From Dehalococcoidia bacterium (GTDB lineage Bacteria > Chloroflexota > Dehalococcoidia > SHYB01), in assembly GCA_965248515.1 (NCBI GenBank), contig CBDFJU010000002.1, positions 878,847 to 942,846 of the forward strand: a stretch of DNA of 64,000 nt, written 5' to 3'. The translations under genes and the position numbers were made by a program. Below are positions 1-9,062 of this stretch, in pieces. The notes under the pieces were generated by a model. The model had not been told where the DNA came from. It searched no databases and saw nothing but the letters and a program-made list of their open reading frames with translations. How positions within the stretch are numbered: the stretch's first letter is position 1; every line of letters begins with the position of its first letter.

Positions 1-2
1 GG

Positions 3-689
3 CGCACTGCTGATATGAGCGACTATCCCGACAGTCTGGAGGCACAGGCTGAAGTCGTGTGGAACCAGAGGCTCGCGTCGGTAGCTCACGAAGCGGGGGT
101 GGACCTTGCCAAGGTCATCCGTGCCAGTGATTACATTCATCCGTCGTGTGTAGCGAAGTACAACGCAACAGAGCCGGTTCGTCGTCGCGCACTCAAAGGC
201 AACCGGCACGCACTGGCGACTCTCCCCATCCAGCGCTTGCTTGGCGGACGGGCAGTGATCGAGACCGAGGCGACCTGTTATCTTGGCTCAGACAAAGAGG
301 TCATCGACATTCCAGAGTGGGAAGCGACCTGGGGCAAGTCGGCGGCGGCTCCCGCTATCCGTTGTGGCAAGTATGTGTTCTGTTCGAGCCTGGGGCCCAT
401 CGACTACCGGACCGGGAAAGCCGTAGGGGCCGGCGACATGCAACTTCAGGTGGAAAAGACATATGACAATGTGGGTCGTGTACTCGATGCCGCCGGATGC
501 AGCTGGAACGACGTTGTGAGAGTTGTGGAATATGTCGACCCCCAAAACGCCTATCAAACGCCGATGTTGGACAAGAGAAGGCGAGCACAGTTTGAGGACG
601 GCCTTCCTCCATTGATAAGCGTGACAGCGAATCAGGGGACATGGGCGGGAACAAGCTTTAGCATGGAAGTGTGGGCAGTTCGTCCTTGA
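3..689 (+). CDS. RidA/YjgF-family protein with two tandem RidA-like domains; 5' end probably outside the window
   Basis: ORF 15..689 with the frame open back to nt 3. Residues 1-95 resemble the C-terminal half of a RidA fold; 100-224 form a full second RidA domain (GKYVFCSSLGPID...TGKAVGAGDMQLQVEKTYDNVGRVL). Confidence 0.55.
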   Translation, partial: RTADMSDYPDSLEAQAEVVWNQRLASVAHEAGVDLAKVIRASDYIHPSCVAKYNATEPVRRRALKGNRHALATLPIQRLLGGRAVIETEATCYLGSDKEVIDIPEWEATWGKSAAAPAIRCGKYVFCSSLGPIDYRTGKAVGAGDMQLQVEKTYDNVGRVLDAAGCSWNDVVRVVEYVDPQNAYQTPMLDKRRRAQFEDGLPPLISVTANQGTWAGTSFSMEVWAVRP

Positions 690-745
690 GCGCGGTCCGC
701 TACTGCAAACGCAGCACAGGTGGATGACGGTCTGAAATACGCAAG

Positions 746-1975
746 ATGGTTTACACAGGCACCGAAATGCAGACAAGCGTGAGTGGTGTTCTGGAAGGCG
801 TTCGCGTCATTGACATGGCCTCGATGTGGGCTGGACCGATGGCTGCCGTGTACCTTGCGGACCAGGGGGCTGACGTCATCAAAGTCGAGCCTCTCCGGGG
901 GGACGATAGCCGCCGAGTGTTCCTGGCACCGCCCATATCAGGCGGAGACAGCCGGACATTCTTGATGGTCAACCGGAACAAGCGTGGCGTTGCCATAGAC
1001 CTGCGTTCCCGGGAAGGGCGGGACATCATTCACCGGCTCGTCAAGGGTTCAGACGTCCTTATCCACAATATGCGGCCGGGCGCGGCGGAGAACCTGGGCT
1101 ACGATTACGAAACGCTTCGGACACTTAATAGCGAGCTCGTATATGCCCACATTACTCCATTTGGTCAGAACGGTCCCTATGCATCACGTCGTGGCTATGA
1201 TCGTCTGTTCCAAGCAATCAGCGGGATGATGGGACGTCGGACGTTGCCTGATGGCACACCACTTCCCGATCGGGTGTTCGCTGTCGACCTTTCAACCCCC
1301 TTGGCGGTTGCGTATGGGGTCAGTCTGGCGCTGCTCCAACGAACCCGGACCGGTGTCGGGCAACGGGTTGAGACGTCATTGCTGCACATGGCAATTGCCA
1401 TGCAGGCGGTGGACCTGATTCGCGTGGAGAATGAAGAACGCCAAGAGTCTCCCCCCGGTGCTGACCTTTTGAACCAAGCCGTGTATTCGCCTTACCGTTG
1501 CGCGGACGACAAGTGGTTGCTTATCACTATCATTCGTGGTGAGGAGTTCGCAGCTCTTTGCAGGGCGCTTGACCTGCAACACCTGAACACTGACCCGCGT
1601 TTCGGCTCTGTCTGGAACCGGATGCAGCATAACGATGAACTGTTCGCAGTGCTTGAGGGTGTGTTCGCCACATTGCCGCGTGATGAGTGGATCGAACGCC
1701 TGTGGCAAGAGGACGTGCCGTGCGCGCCAATCTTGGAACCGCAAGAAGTATTTGACCACCCGCACATTCGAGCGAATTCGATGCTGACGGAACAGAATCA
1801 TCCCCAAGCGGGCAAGGTTGAGTTCGTGAACATTCCAGTAAGCCTGTCCGCATGTCCTGGAGGTATCAGGCGACGGGCTCCTTTGATTGGTGAGCATACG
1901 GATGAGGTCCTTGAACAGCTGGGGTATCAGCCGGATGAACTCTCTGGACTCCGTGAGAGGAAGATCATCGCATGA
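746..1975 (+). CDS. Family III CoA-transferase (CaiB/BaiF type)
   Basis: GVRVIDMASMWAGPMAAVYLADQGADVIKVEP N-terminal Rossmann motif and overall family III architecture. Alternative start ATG 767. Confidence 0.85.
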   Translation: MVYTGTEMQTSVSGVLEGVRVIDMASMWAGPMAAVYLADQGADVIKVEPLRGDDSRRVFLAPPISGGDSRTFLMVNRNKRGVAIDLRSREGRDIIHRLVKGSDVLIHNMRPGAAENLGYDYETLRTLNSELVYAHITPFGQNGPYASRRGYDRLFQAISGMMGRRTLPDGTPLPDRVFAVDLSTPLAVAYGVSLALLQRTRTGVGQRVETSLLHMAIAMQAVDLIRVENEERQESPPGADLLNQAVYSPYRCADDKWLLITIIRGEEFAALCRALDLQHLNTDPRFGSVWNRMQHNDELFAVLEGVFATLPRDEWIERLWQEDVPCAPILEPQEVFDHPHIRANSMLTEQNHPQAGKVEFVNIPVSLSACPGGIRRRAPLIGEHTDEVLEQLGYQPDELSGLRERKIIA

Positions 1976-2111
1976 TGTGCGGGTTTCCCTGGGTGCTCCG
2001 TACTACCGCGGTGCGAAAGGCGTCGTTGATGTGAGTCAATGCATGTCCAGGCTGTTGGAGAGCATAGAGTCACTGATTCTGTGAGTGAAGTACATTCCAT
2101 GGAGGCAGGAC

Positions 2112-3290
2112 GTGGCAGGACGAGTAGGAATCGTGGCTACGGCTCAGACGAAGTACGAGGCCAGTAAGTCCCACCAGAACATATCGGAGATGGTGCTCGA
2201 GGTGGTCGAGCAAGTCCTCGAGACCACTGGCCTGACTTTTGCGGACGACGGTTCCGGCGTCGACGCGGCAGTGACCTGTTCGCAGGACCATTGGGATGGC
2301 CGATGTATTTCGAGCAACACGACGGTCGATGTCGTGGGTGGACACTTGCGTCCTGAGGAAAAGGTCGCAGGTGATGGTACTCAGGCCGTCTTCTACGCGA
2401 CTCTCCAGATCTTGGCAGGGCACTATGACACGGTATTGGTGACTGCCCACTGCCAGGAGTCTCAGACCGCCGGGCATATTGTGGAGAACGCAGGCTTTGA
2501 GCCCTTCGTCCATCGCCCGCTCGGCCTGGATTTTCTGGTAGCAGCGGCATTGCAGGCCAGGGCCTATATGCAACGCTACAACGTTACGTCCGAGCAGCTT
2601 GCCCAGGTGGTTGTCAAGAATCGAGCAAACGCAGCCCTGAACCAATTCGCCCAACTGCGCCAGCCGGTGAGCGTCGAAGAAGTCATGAATAGTGACCTCG
2701 TAGCGGATCCTTTGAGGTCGCTGGACATCAAACCAACATCCGACGGGGCATGCGCGATTCTCTTGGCTAGTGAAGATAGAGCGAAGAAGCTGACTCGGAA
2801 TCCCGTCTGGATTGCGGGCGGGGGCAGCTGTTACGACTCGGATCTTCTGGGTGACCGCGATCTGGCCAAGTGTGATGCTTTGGCAGAAGCGGCGAAGCGC
2901 GCCTACCGGATTGCGGGCGTTTCCAACCCTGCACGTGAGGTTGACGTAGCAGAGGTATCGGAGTTCTGTTCCTACCAGGAGTTGCTGTGGTCGGAGGGTC
3001 TGGGGCTGTGTGAACAGGGGGAAGGGGCACATTTAGCCGATTCAGGCAGGAGTGCGCTGCGGGGATCCTTGCCAATCAACCCGTCCGGAGGGGTGCTGGC
3101 AGGGAATCCTGTCACGGTGAGCGGTCTGACACGTGTGATAGAAGCGTCCAAACAGGTCGCCGGGCTAGCGGACGGTCACCAAGTGGATGGGGCTAGAGTA
3201 GCGGTGGCACAGGGGTTCGCGGGACCTTGCGGGCAGCTTCAGACGGTGTTGCTGCTTCGCGCGGATGATGGAGGGAAGTCTCGTGGCTAG
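2112..3290 (+). CDS. Thiolase-like protein (SCP-x/lipid-transfer-protein type, DUF35 partner)
   Basis: RVGIVATAQTKYEA N-terminus and thiolase-fold length. GTG 2112 is preceded by GGAGG (6 nt spacer); the track start at 2085 lacks an SD. Confidence 0.8.
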   Translation: MAGRVGIVATAQTKYEASKSHQNISEMVLEVVEQVLETTGLTFADDGSGVDAAVTCSQDHWDGRCISSNTTVDVVGGHLRPEEKVAGDGTQAVFYATLQILAGHYDTVLVTAHCQESQTAGHIVENAGFEPFVHRPLGLDFLVAAALQARAYMQRYNVTSEQLAQVVVKNRANAALNQFAQLRQPVSVEEVMNSDLVADPLRSLDIKPTSDGACAILLASEDRAKKLTRNPVWIAGGGSCYDSDLLGDRDLAKCDALAEAAKRAYRIAGVSNPAREVDVAEVSEFCSYQELLWSEGLGLCEQGEGAHLADSGRSALRGSLPINPSGGVLAGNPVTVSGLTRVIEASKQVAGLADGHQVDGARVAVAQGFAGPCGQLQTVLLLRADDGGKSRG

Positions 3291-4446
3291 AAGAGCTGCC
3301 ATCGTCGGCGTGGGACAGACGGCTCACAAGACTGCCCGACCTGACGTCAATGTCTCGGAGATGGTGAACGAGGCCGTCCAGGCTGCGCTCGGTGACGCAG
3401 GATTGACGCTGAAGGATGTGGATGCAGTGCTTGCGGGAAACATGGAGCTGTTCGAAGGACACTATCTGACCGATTGCATGGTCCTTGAGGGCACCGGAGC
3501 GTATTTGAAGCACGGGATGAAGTTGAACACCGGGGGCACTGTCGGGGCCACGATGGCGGCCGCCGCCTTCCACCACGTGCAGTCGGGATGGTTCGATACG
3601 GTCCTGACCATTGGCTTCAACAAGCTGGACGAGGGCAATACGACCGCTGGTATAACACTGTGTTTTGATGCGGTGTACAACCGCCCCTACGAATCCGGCG
3701 CGATCGGCGTTTTGGGCCTGCAGGCGCAGACTTACCTTAGGGAGTCAGGTTGCACAGAAGAGCATGCTGCCTTGGTTCGTGCCAAGGCAGGTCACAACGC
3801 TGCCCGAAATCCCTACGCCCACCGGAGGAGCGAATACTCAGTCGCCGAAATCCTCGGCTCGCGTGTTGTTGTCCATCCACTCCACGTGCTCGAGGTGTGT
3901 CCCGAAAGTAGCGGCGCCTGCGCGCTCGTTGTCGCGGCAGAGGGGCGGGCGGAAAAGATCACAAAGTCCCCGGTGTGGGTCAAGGATTGCGTCACCGTTC
4001 ATTCGGAAGCTTTCAAGCTGTCGATGGAACCCGATCCGCTGCCGACCAAGGAAAGCTATGAGCAGGCAGCCATCAAGCTGTTCAAGCGGAACGGTATCTC
4101 TCGGCCGAGGGAAGAGATTGACGTTGTCGAGTTGTACGAACCAACGAGCTGGTCGGAACTGTATTTCTCTGAGTTGGCCCATCTGTTTGAACCGGGAGAG
4201 GCCTGGAAAGCGGCGGAGAGAGGCGATACTAGTCTGAACGGCAGTTTCCCCATCAATCCGTCAGGCGGCGTGGTATGTACGAACCCCATTGGTGCGACGG
4301 CGATGATTCGCATTGCTGAGGCAACTCTGCAGGTGCGAGGCGATGCGGACGAGCGCCAGGTGGCACGAGAGGTTAACCAGGCTCTGGCAACAGGGTGGGG
4401 AGGACACAACTGGACGGTAATGACGTTGCTGACAAAGAGTCGCTGA
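3283..4446 (+). CDS. Thiolase-like protein (second paralogue, tandem)
   Basis: RRAAIVGVGQTAHK N-terminus with thiolase-like CxS/GG motifs. GTG 3283 follows GGAGGG; overlaps the upstream gene by 8 nt. Confidence 0.8.
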   Translation: MARRAAIVGVGQTAHKTARPDVNVSEMVNEAVQAALGDAGLTLKDVDAVLAGNMELFEGHYLTDCMVLEGTGAYLKHGMKLNTGGTVGATMAAAAFHHVQSGWFDTVLTIGFNKLDEGNTTAGITLCFDAVYNRPYESGAIGVLGLQAQTYLRESGCTEEHAALVRAKAGHNAARNPYAHRRSEYSVAEILGSRVVVHPLHVLEVCPESSGACALVVAAEGRAEKITKSPVWVKDCVTVHSEAFKLSMEPDPLPTKESYEQAAIKLFKRNGISRPREEIDVVELYEPTSWSELYFSELAHLFEPGEAWKAAERGDTSLNGSFPINPSGGVVCTNPIGATAMIRIAEATLQVRGDADERQVAREVNQALATGWGGHNWTVMTLLTKSR

Positions 4447-4462
4447 CATGCGAGGGTCATTC

Positions 4463-4978
4463 ATGGATAAGAAACGGGTTGAGTTCCCACCGGCAGAGGA
4501 TTTTCCCGAATACGTTGAAAGGTACACACGGATCCCGTACAAGTGGGCAGCCGGCGAATACGTAGGGCGGTTTCTGCAGGAGCTGCGAGACAACGGACTC
4601 ATATATGCGAACCGGTGCCCGAAGTGCGGTCGCTATCTCGTTCCCATGCGTCCTGTGTGTGGCCGTTGCCATGTGCGTATGGAAGGAATGTACACAGTGG
4701 GACCGCGGGGAACTGTGCTCGCCTATCAGTTTGTGGAGCAGCCTTTTCCCGACCCAAGTACCGGCGTTATGAGAGCAGTGCCCTACGCTACTGCGATTAT
4801 CGGACTGGATGGGGCGCCAGTAACCATTGATCATCTACTTGAGGAGAAAGACCACAATCGTATCCACGTTGGAATGCGTGTGGAAGCGGTCTTCAAGCCT
4901 CAATCTGAACGGACAGCACATATAACGGACATCAAATACTTCAAGACAATACCCGAGCAGACGGATGAAGTGAAATGA
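4463..4978 (+). CDS. DUF35 OB-fold / rubredoxin-like Zn-ribbon protein (thiolase-associated)
   Basis: CPKCGRYLVPMRPVCGRC zinc ribbon followed by an OB-fold, typical of the DUF35 family. ATG 4463 follows GAGGG. Confidence 0.8.
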   Translation: MDKKRVEFPPAEDFPEYVERYTRIPYKWAAGEYVGRFLQELRDNGLIYANRCPKCGRYLVPMRPVCGRCHVRMEGMYTVGPRGTVLAYQFVEQPFPDPSTGVMRAVPYATAIIGLDGAPVTIDHLLEEKDHNRIHVGMRVEAVFKPQSERTAHITDIKYFKTIPEQTDEVK

Positions 4979-5430
4979 ACAGCGGGCGGGCGACAGAGCC
5001 AATCATCGTTACCGGTCAGATAGACATGGCGCACCGCCAGTACACTGGCACGACGGTGGGGTCGTTTCTGGCTAACTTGAAGCAGGGGCGCATTGTGGGG
5101 TCGCGCTGCCCACAGTGCCCGCGTGTCTATGTGCCTCCCCGTTCTGTTTGCATTCGTTGCTTCACGAAATTGTCTGACATCACTGAAGTGGGACATGAGG
5201 GCTCGTTGCTCACTTATACCGTTGTGCGCTACCAGGAACCGATCCACGTCTATCAAGCCCCCTTCATGGTCGGACTGGTACAGCTGGATGGCGCAGATAC
5301 GGGTGTGCTCCACTACATCCGTGAAACGGACAAGGGAAAGGCTCGCATCGGAGCAAGAGTTCAAGCTGTCTTCCGGAATGTCCGAGAGGGAAGCATTCTG
5401 GATATTGAACATTTTGAGGTTATTGGATAG
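4975..5430 (+). CDS. DUF35 OB-fold / Zn-ribbon protein (second copy)
   Basis: CPQCPRVYVPPRSVCIRC zinc ribbon; ATGA stop/start overlap with the upstream DUF35 gene. Confidence 0.8.
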   Translation: MNSGRATEPIIVTGQIDMAHRQYTGTTVGSFLANLKQGRIVGSRCPQCPRVYVPPRSVCIRCFTKLSDITEVGHEGSLLTYTVVRYQEPIHVYQAPFMVGLVQLDGADTGVLHYIRETDKGKARIGARVQAVFRNVREGSILDIEHFEVIG

Positions 5431-5449
5431 CTGGCCATTGGGTTTCGCT

Positions 5450-6211
5450 GTGTCTGACAACAGAATCTTGTATCAAAGAAAGGATCACTTGGCTTGGGTG
5501 ACGATTAATCGGCCGCGCTCTCTGAACGCCATCGATCCGGAAATGAGCCGAGAGTTACGCCGTGTTTTCGAGGACTTCCGCGACACCGACGATGCGTGGG
5601 TTGCAGTTCTAACTGGTGTGGGACGTGCCTTTTCAACTGGAGCAGATTTGAAGGCGGCAGATGCTGCGGTGGCCGACGCCACACCATTCGGAGGCATCAC
5701 TCGGGATTTCCACACCTGGAAGCCAATCATCGCTGCTGTCAACGGGTACGCTTTGGGGGGTGGCCTGGAACTGGCGCTGTGCTGCGATATGCGGATTTGC
5801 TCCGAGGGCGCGCAGTTTGCTCTGCCCGAGGTTCGCTGGGGCATCATGGCCAACGCTGGTGGTACCACACGCTTACCTCGGGCGGTTCCCCCTGGTATCG
5901 CTCTGAAAGCTATTCTGACGGGTGATTACATAACGGCGGAAGAGGCGCTTCGGCACGGCCTCGTGAGCGACGTGGTCCCCGAAGATGAGCTACGGCCACG
6001 GGCTGAAAGCATTGCGGAAAGAATCTTGGCCAATGGCCCGGTGGCCGTGCGTGCCGCCAAACAGGCTGCTCTGCGGGGAATAGACATGGGTACTAATGAG
6101 TCCCTGGCGTTTTCATACTACCTGGGTCGATCCCTGTGGAATACGAAAGACGCATGGGAAGGCATCCGGGCTTTTGAGGAGAAGCGCCCACCTCGATTTG
6201 AGGGTCAATAG
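5450..6211 (+). CDS. Enoyl-CoA hydratase/isomerase (crotonase) family
   Basis: LAWVTINRPRSLNAID...GVGRAFSTGADL...LGGGLELALCCD crotonase motifs. The track N-terminal extension (5093) overlaps the DUF35 gene and is rejected; GTG 5450 chosen. Confidence 0.75.
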   Translation: MSDNRILYQRKDHLAWVTINRPRSLNAIDPEMSRELRRVFEDFRDTDDAWVAVLTGVGRAFSTGADLKAADAAVADATPFGGITRDFHTWKPIIAAVNGYALGGGLELALCCDMRICSEGAQFALPEVRWGIMANAGGTTRLPRAVPPGIALKAILTGDYITAEEALRHGLVSDVVPEDELRPRAESIAERILANGPVAVRAAKQAALRGIDMGTNESLAFSYYLGRSLWNTKDAWEGIRAFEEKRPPRFEGQ

Positions 6212-6347
6212 CCTGGACGGTCGGCGATTTGATCTCGCAAGCACCTCCGGGTGCGTTGGCCCGCCATCGTAGAGTCTTCCTAGACATTGGGCTCCCCGGA
6301 TTCATGACTGGGGCCTGATCTTGGGAGCAGGTCAGGGGAGTTACGCC

Positions 6348-7370
6348 ATGCCGTACTACGTGTATGCCACGAGTAAAGACGAAGACAAGGTTTCGATCTT
6401 CACGCTGGACGCTCAGAGTGGCGAGCTGGAGCGGGTGGATGATGTCGAAGTCAAGGGTGGCCCGGGCCCACTTGCGACACACCCCAAGTGGGACGTTCTC
6501 TATGTGGGACAGCGATACTCTTATGAGTTATCGACTTACAGCATAGATCGGCATGGGAGTATCTCCTGCATTGGCACAGTGTCGCTGGAGAGCGATCCCA
6601 ATTATCTGGTCACGGACAGGCGGGGTAATTTCCTTCTCTCCGCCTATTATCTCGCCGGGAAGGTGGCGGTACACCCCATTGCCAGTAATGGGGTTGCAAC
6701 CTCCCCGCCAACAGAGTGGCTGAGCACAGGCCTTGGAGCACATTCCGTCCAGACCGATAGGTCAAACCGGTACGTATTGGCCTCACACGTGGCTGGACCG
6801 GATCGTCCCAACGCGGTCTTCCAGTTCAGGTTCGATGAAAGCACAGGCCGCATCACTCCGCAAGTGCCGGCCAAGGTCACCGCGCTTGAGGGTGCAGGTC
6901 CACGGCATTTGTACTTTCACCCATCCAAGGACATCGTGTATTGCTCAAACGAGCAGGGATCTAGCGTATCGGCATTCAGCTTTGCCCCGTCACGGGGGAC
7001 TTTGAGCCCTATCGAGACCGTGGCGACGGTACCCGATGGCTATGAGGGCGAGAATATGTGTTCTGGAATAGAGGTCGCGCCCTCAGGGAAATTCCTCTAT
7101 GTAGGGAATCGTGGCTACAACAGCATCGCGTGTTTTTCCCTTGACACGATGACGGGGGGTCTGACGCTTATTGGGCAGGTTCCCACGGACCCCATACCGC
7201 ACGGATTTAGCCGTGACCCGGAAGGTAACTTCCTGCTTGTTACCAGCCTGGAAACCGGCCGTCTCTCGGTCTATCGAATCGATCAAGACAGGGGCGATCT
7301 GAAGCCCCTTGCGGTCTACCCTCTCGGTAAGTATCCGATGTGGGCAATAGTCGTGAGGGTTGGAGAGTAG
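6348..7370 (+). CDS. Lactonase, 7-bladed beta-propeller (6-phosphogluconolactonase/YbhE-like)
   Basis: MPYYVYATSKDEDKVSIF...PRHLYFHPSKDIVYCSNEQGSSVS repeated blade motifs. ATG 6348 follows GGGGAG. Confidence 0.7.
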   Translation: MPYYVYATSKDEDKVSIFTLDAQSGELERVDDVEVKGGPGPLATHPKWDVLYVGQRYSYELSTYSIDRHGSISCIGTVSLESDPNYLVTDRRGNFLLSAYYLAGKVAVHPIASNGVATSPPTEWLSTGLGAHSVQTDRSNRYVLASHVAGPDRPNAVFQFRFDESTGRITPQVPAKVTALEGAGPRHLYFHPSKDIVYCSNEQGSSVSAFSFAPSRGTLSPIETVATVPDGYEGENMCSGIEVAPSGKFLYVGNRGYNSIACFSLDTMTGGLTLIGQVPTDPIPHGFSRDPEGNFLLVTSLETGRLSVYRIDQDRGDLKPLAVYPLGKYPMWAIVVRVGE

Positions 7371-7376
7371 TCTCCC

Positions 7377-7784
7377 CTAGATCACTTTGAATTTCGGGAT
7401 GCTGATCTCGTTCGTGGCGTCCTCGAACGTCACCTCCACCGGCATGCCGATCTTCACGTGGTAGGGGTCCGAGCCGATGACGTTACTCAGCATCTGTACG
7501 CCCTCGTCCAGCGTGACGTAGGCCAGCACGTAGGGGCCCTCGTCCCTGAAGCCCGGTGACTTATTCTGGTGTACCACCGACAGGCTGTAGACGGTGCCCT
7601 TGCCCGAGGCCTTGGTCCATTCGAGGTCGGCGGAGTAGCAGGCCGGGCATGTGGCCTGGGGCGGAAAGAAGAGGTCGCCGCAATCGAGGCAGCGAGGGAT
7701 CAGCAACTCGTGATTCTTGCAGCCGTTCCAGTAGGGCTTGGTGTCCGGGTTCGGCGTCGGCAGCGGTTTGACGTACTCGGCCAC
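7377..7784 (-). CDS. DUF35 OB-fold / Zn-ribbon protein (third copy)
   Basis: CLDCGDLFFPPQATCPAC zinc ribbon; start sits 2 nt after the stop of the upstream thiolase-like gene, suggesting translational coupling. Confidence 0.8.
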   Translation of the reverse strand: MAEYVKPLPTPNPDTKPYWNGCKNHELLIPRCLDCGDLFFPPQATCPACYSADLEWTKASGKGTVYSLSVVHQNKSPGFRDEGPYVLAYVTLDEGVQMLSNVIGSDPYHVKIGMPVEVTFEDATNEISIPKFKVI

Positions 7785-7785
7785 G

Positions 7786-8955
7786 CTAGTCCTTCCCCAG
7801 GATGAGCGTCACGCCGGTGTGCCGGGAGCCGATGTTCCCGCCGGTGCCGTGGCAGAGCGATATCTTGCAGTCTTTCACCTGCCGGGGCATCCCGTCGAAG
7901 TCCCCCCGGAGCTGTTTGGTGGCCTCGATAACCAGAAAGATGCCGCGCATGCCCGGGTGATTGGACGATAGCCCGCCGCCGTCGGTATTCGTCGGCAGTT
8001 CGCCGTCGATGGCCAGCCGGCCGCCCTCGACGAAACTGCCGCCCTCGCCCTTCTTGCAGAAGCCGAGGCCCTCGAGGCTCGTCAACACCGTGATGGTGAA
8101 CGAGTCGTAGACCATAAGGTGGTCGATGTCCTTATGGGTCACGCCGGCCATCCCGAACGCCGTGGGCCCGGACTGGTACGGGGCCACGGCCATGAAGTCG
8201 CGGTGGCCCCCGCGCAGGTGCTCGTAGCCCTCGCCCACGCCCAGCACCCACACCGGTTTGGTCTTCGCGTCCCTGGCCCGCTCAGGGCTGGTCACCACCA
8301 ACGCACCTCCGCCGTCGGAGATGACGCAGCAGTCGAACAGGTGCAGGGGCCAGGCGATAGTCCGCGAGGCGAGCACGTCCTCGACGGTGATGGGGTCACG
8401 GTACATGGCGTTGGGGTTCACGCCAGCGTGGCGCCGCATCGCCACCGCGATCTCCGCCAGCTGCTCGTTCGTGGTCCCGAACTCGTACATGTGCCGGGAG
8501 GCTGCCGTGGCATAGAGGCCGGCGAGGATCGCGCCGTAAGGGGCCTCGAAGCTCTCGGGCCAGGGGCTGATGGCCCGGCGGCCTGTGCCCCCGGTGCCGA
8601 TGGCGCGGCCTGCCGACAATGAGGTGCTCCCGTAAGTGATGAGGACGACCTCGCACTGGCCCGCGGCGATGGCCGCCGTGGCCCGAGAGACGTGGGCCAG
8701 GAAGGAAGCGCCCCCAAGGTTCGTCGTGTCGACGAGCTTGGGGTGCAGGCCTAGGTACCCTGTCAAGAATACGGCGTCCTGCCCCGTGTCCCCGGGCGAC
8801 ATGAAGCCGTCGACGTCTCTTGGCTTCAGCCCTGCTTCGGCCAGCGCCTCCCGGGCGGACTCGGCTTGTATCTGCTGCGGGGACTTGTCCGGCATCTGCC
8901 GCCCGGGGTGCTCGTAGGCTCCGACGATGGCAGCTTTTCTGGTCAGGGTGCCCAT
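7786..8955 (-). CDS. Thiolase-like protein (SCP-x type, third paralogue)
   Basis: KAAIVGAYEHPGR...VDTTNLGGASF thiolase-fold motifs; paired with the downstream DUF35 gene. Confidence 0.8.
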   Translation of the reverse strand: MGTLTRKAAIVGAYEHPGRQMPDKSPQQIQAESAREALAEAGLKPRDVDGFMSPGDTGQDAVFLTGYLGLHPKLVDTTNLGGASFLAHVSRATAAIAAGQCEVVLITYGSTSLSAGRAIGTGGTGRRAISPWPESFEAPYGAILAGLYATAASRHMYEFGTTNEQLAEIAVAMRRHAGVNPNAMYRDPITVEDVLASRTIAWPLHLFDCCVISDGGGALVVTSPERARDAKTKPVWVLGVGEGYEHLRGGHRDFMAVAPYQSGPTAFGMAGVTHKDIDHLMVYDSFTITVLTSLEGLGFCKKGEGGSFVEGGRLAIDGELPTNTDGGGLSSNHPGMRGIFLVIEATKQLRGDFDGMPRQVKDCKISLCHGTGGNIGSRHTGVTLILGKD

Positions 8956-9062
8956 TGACCTTTCAGACTCCTTCTCGCTCCGTTAAGACCTTCACCGATC
9001 GCCCACTGCTGATCCACCCCTTGCTGTAGCGGAATCGACATCCGCTGGACCTCGGCGGGGGC

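Noticed and set aside
5093-5449. N-terminal extension of the crotonase ORF back to 5093
   Set aside because: It overlaps the DUF35 gene in another frame and reads as junk (MWGRAAHSARVSMCLPVLF...). The conserved crotonase N-terminus begins at GTG 5450.
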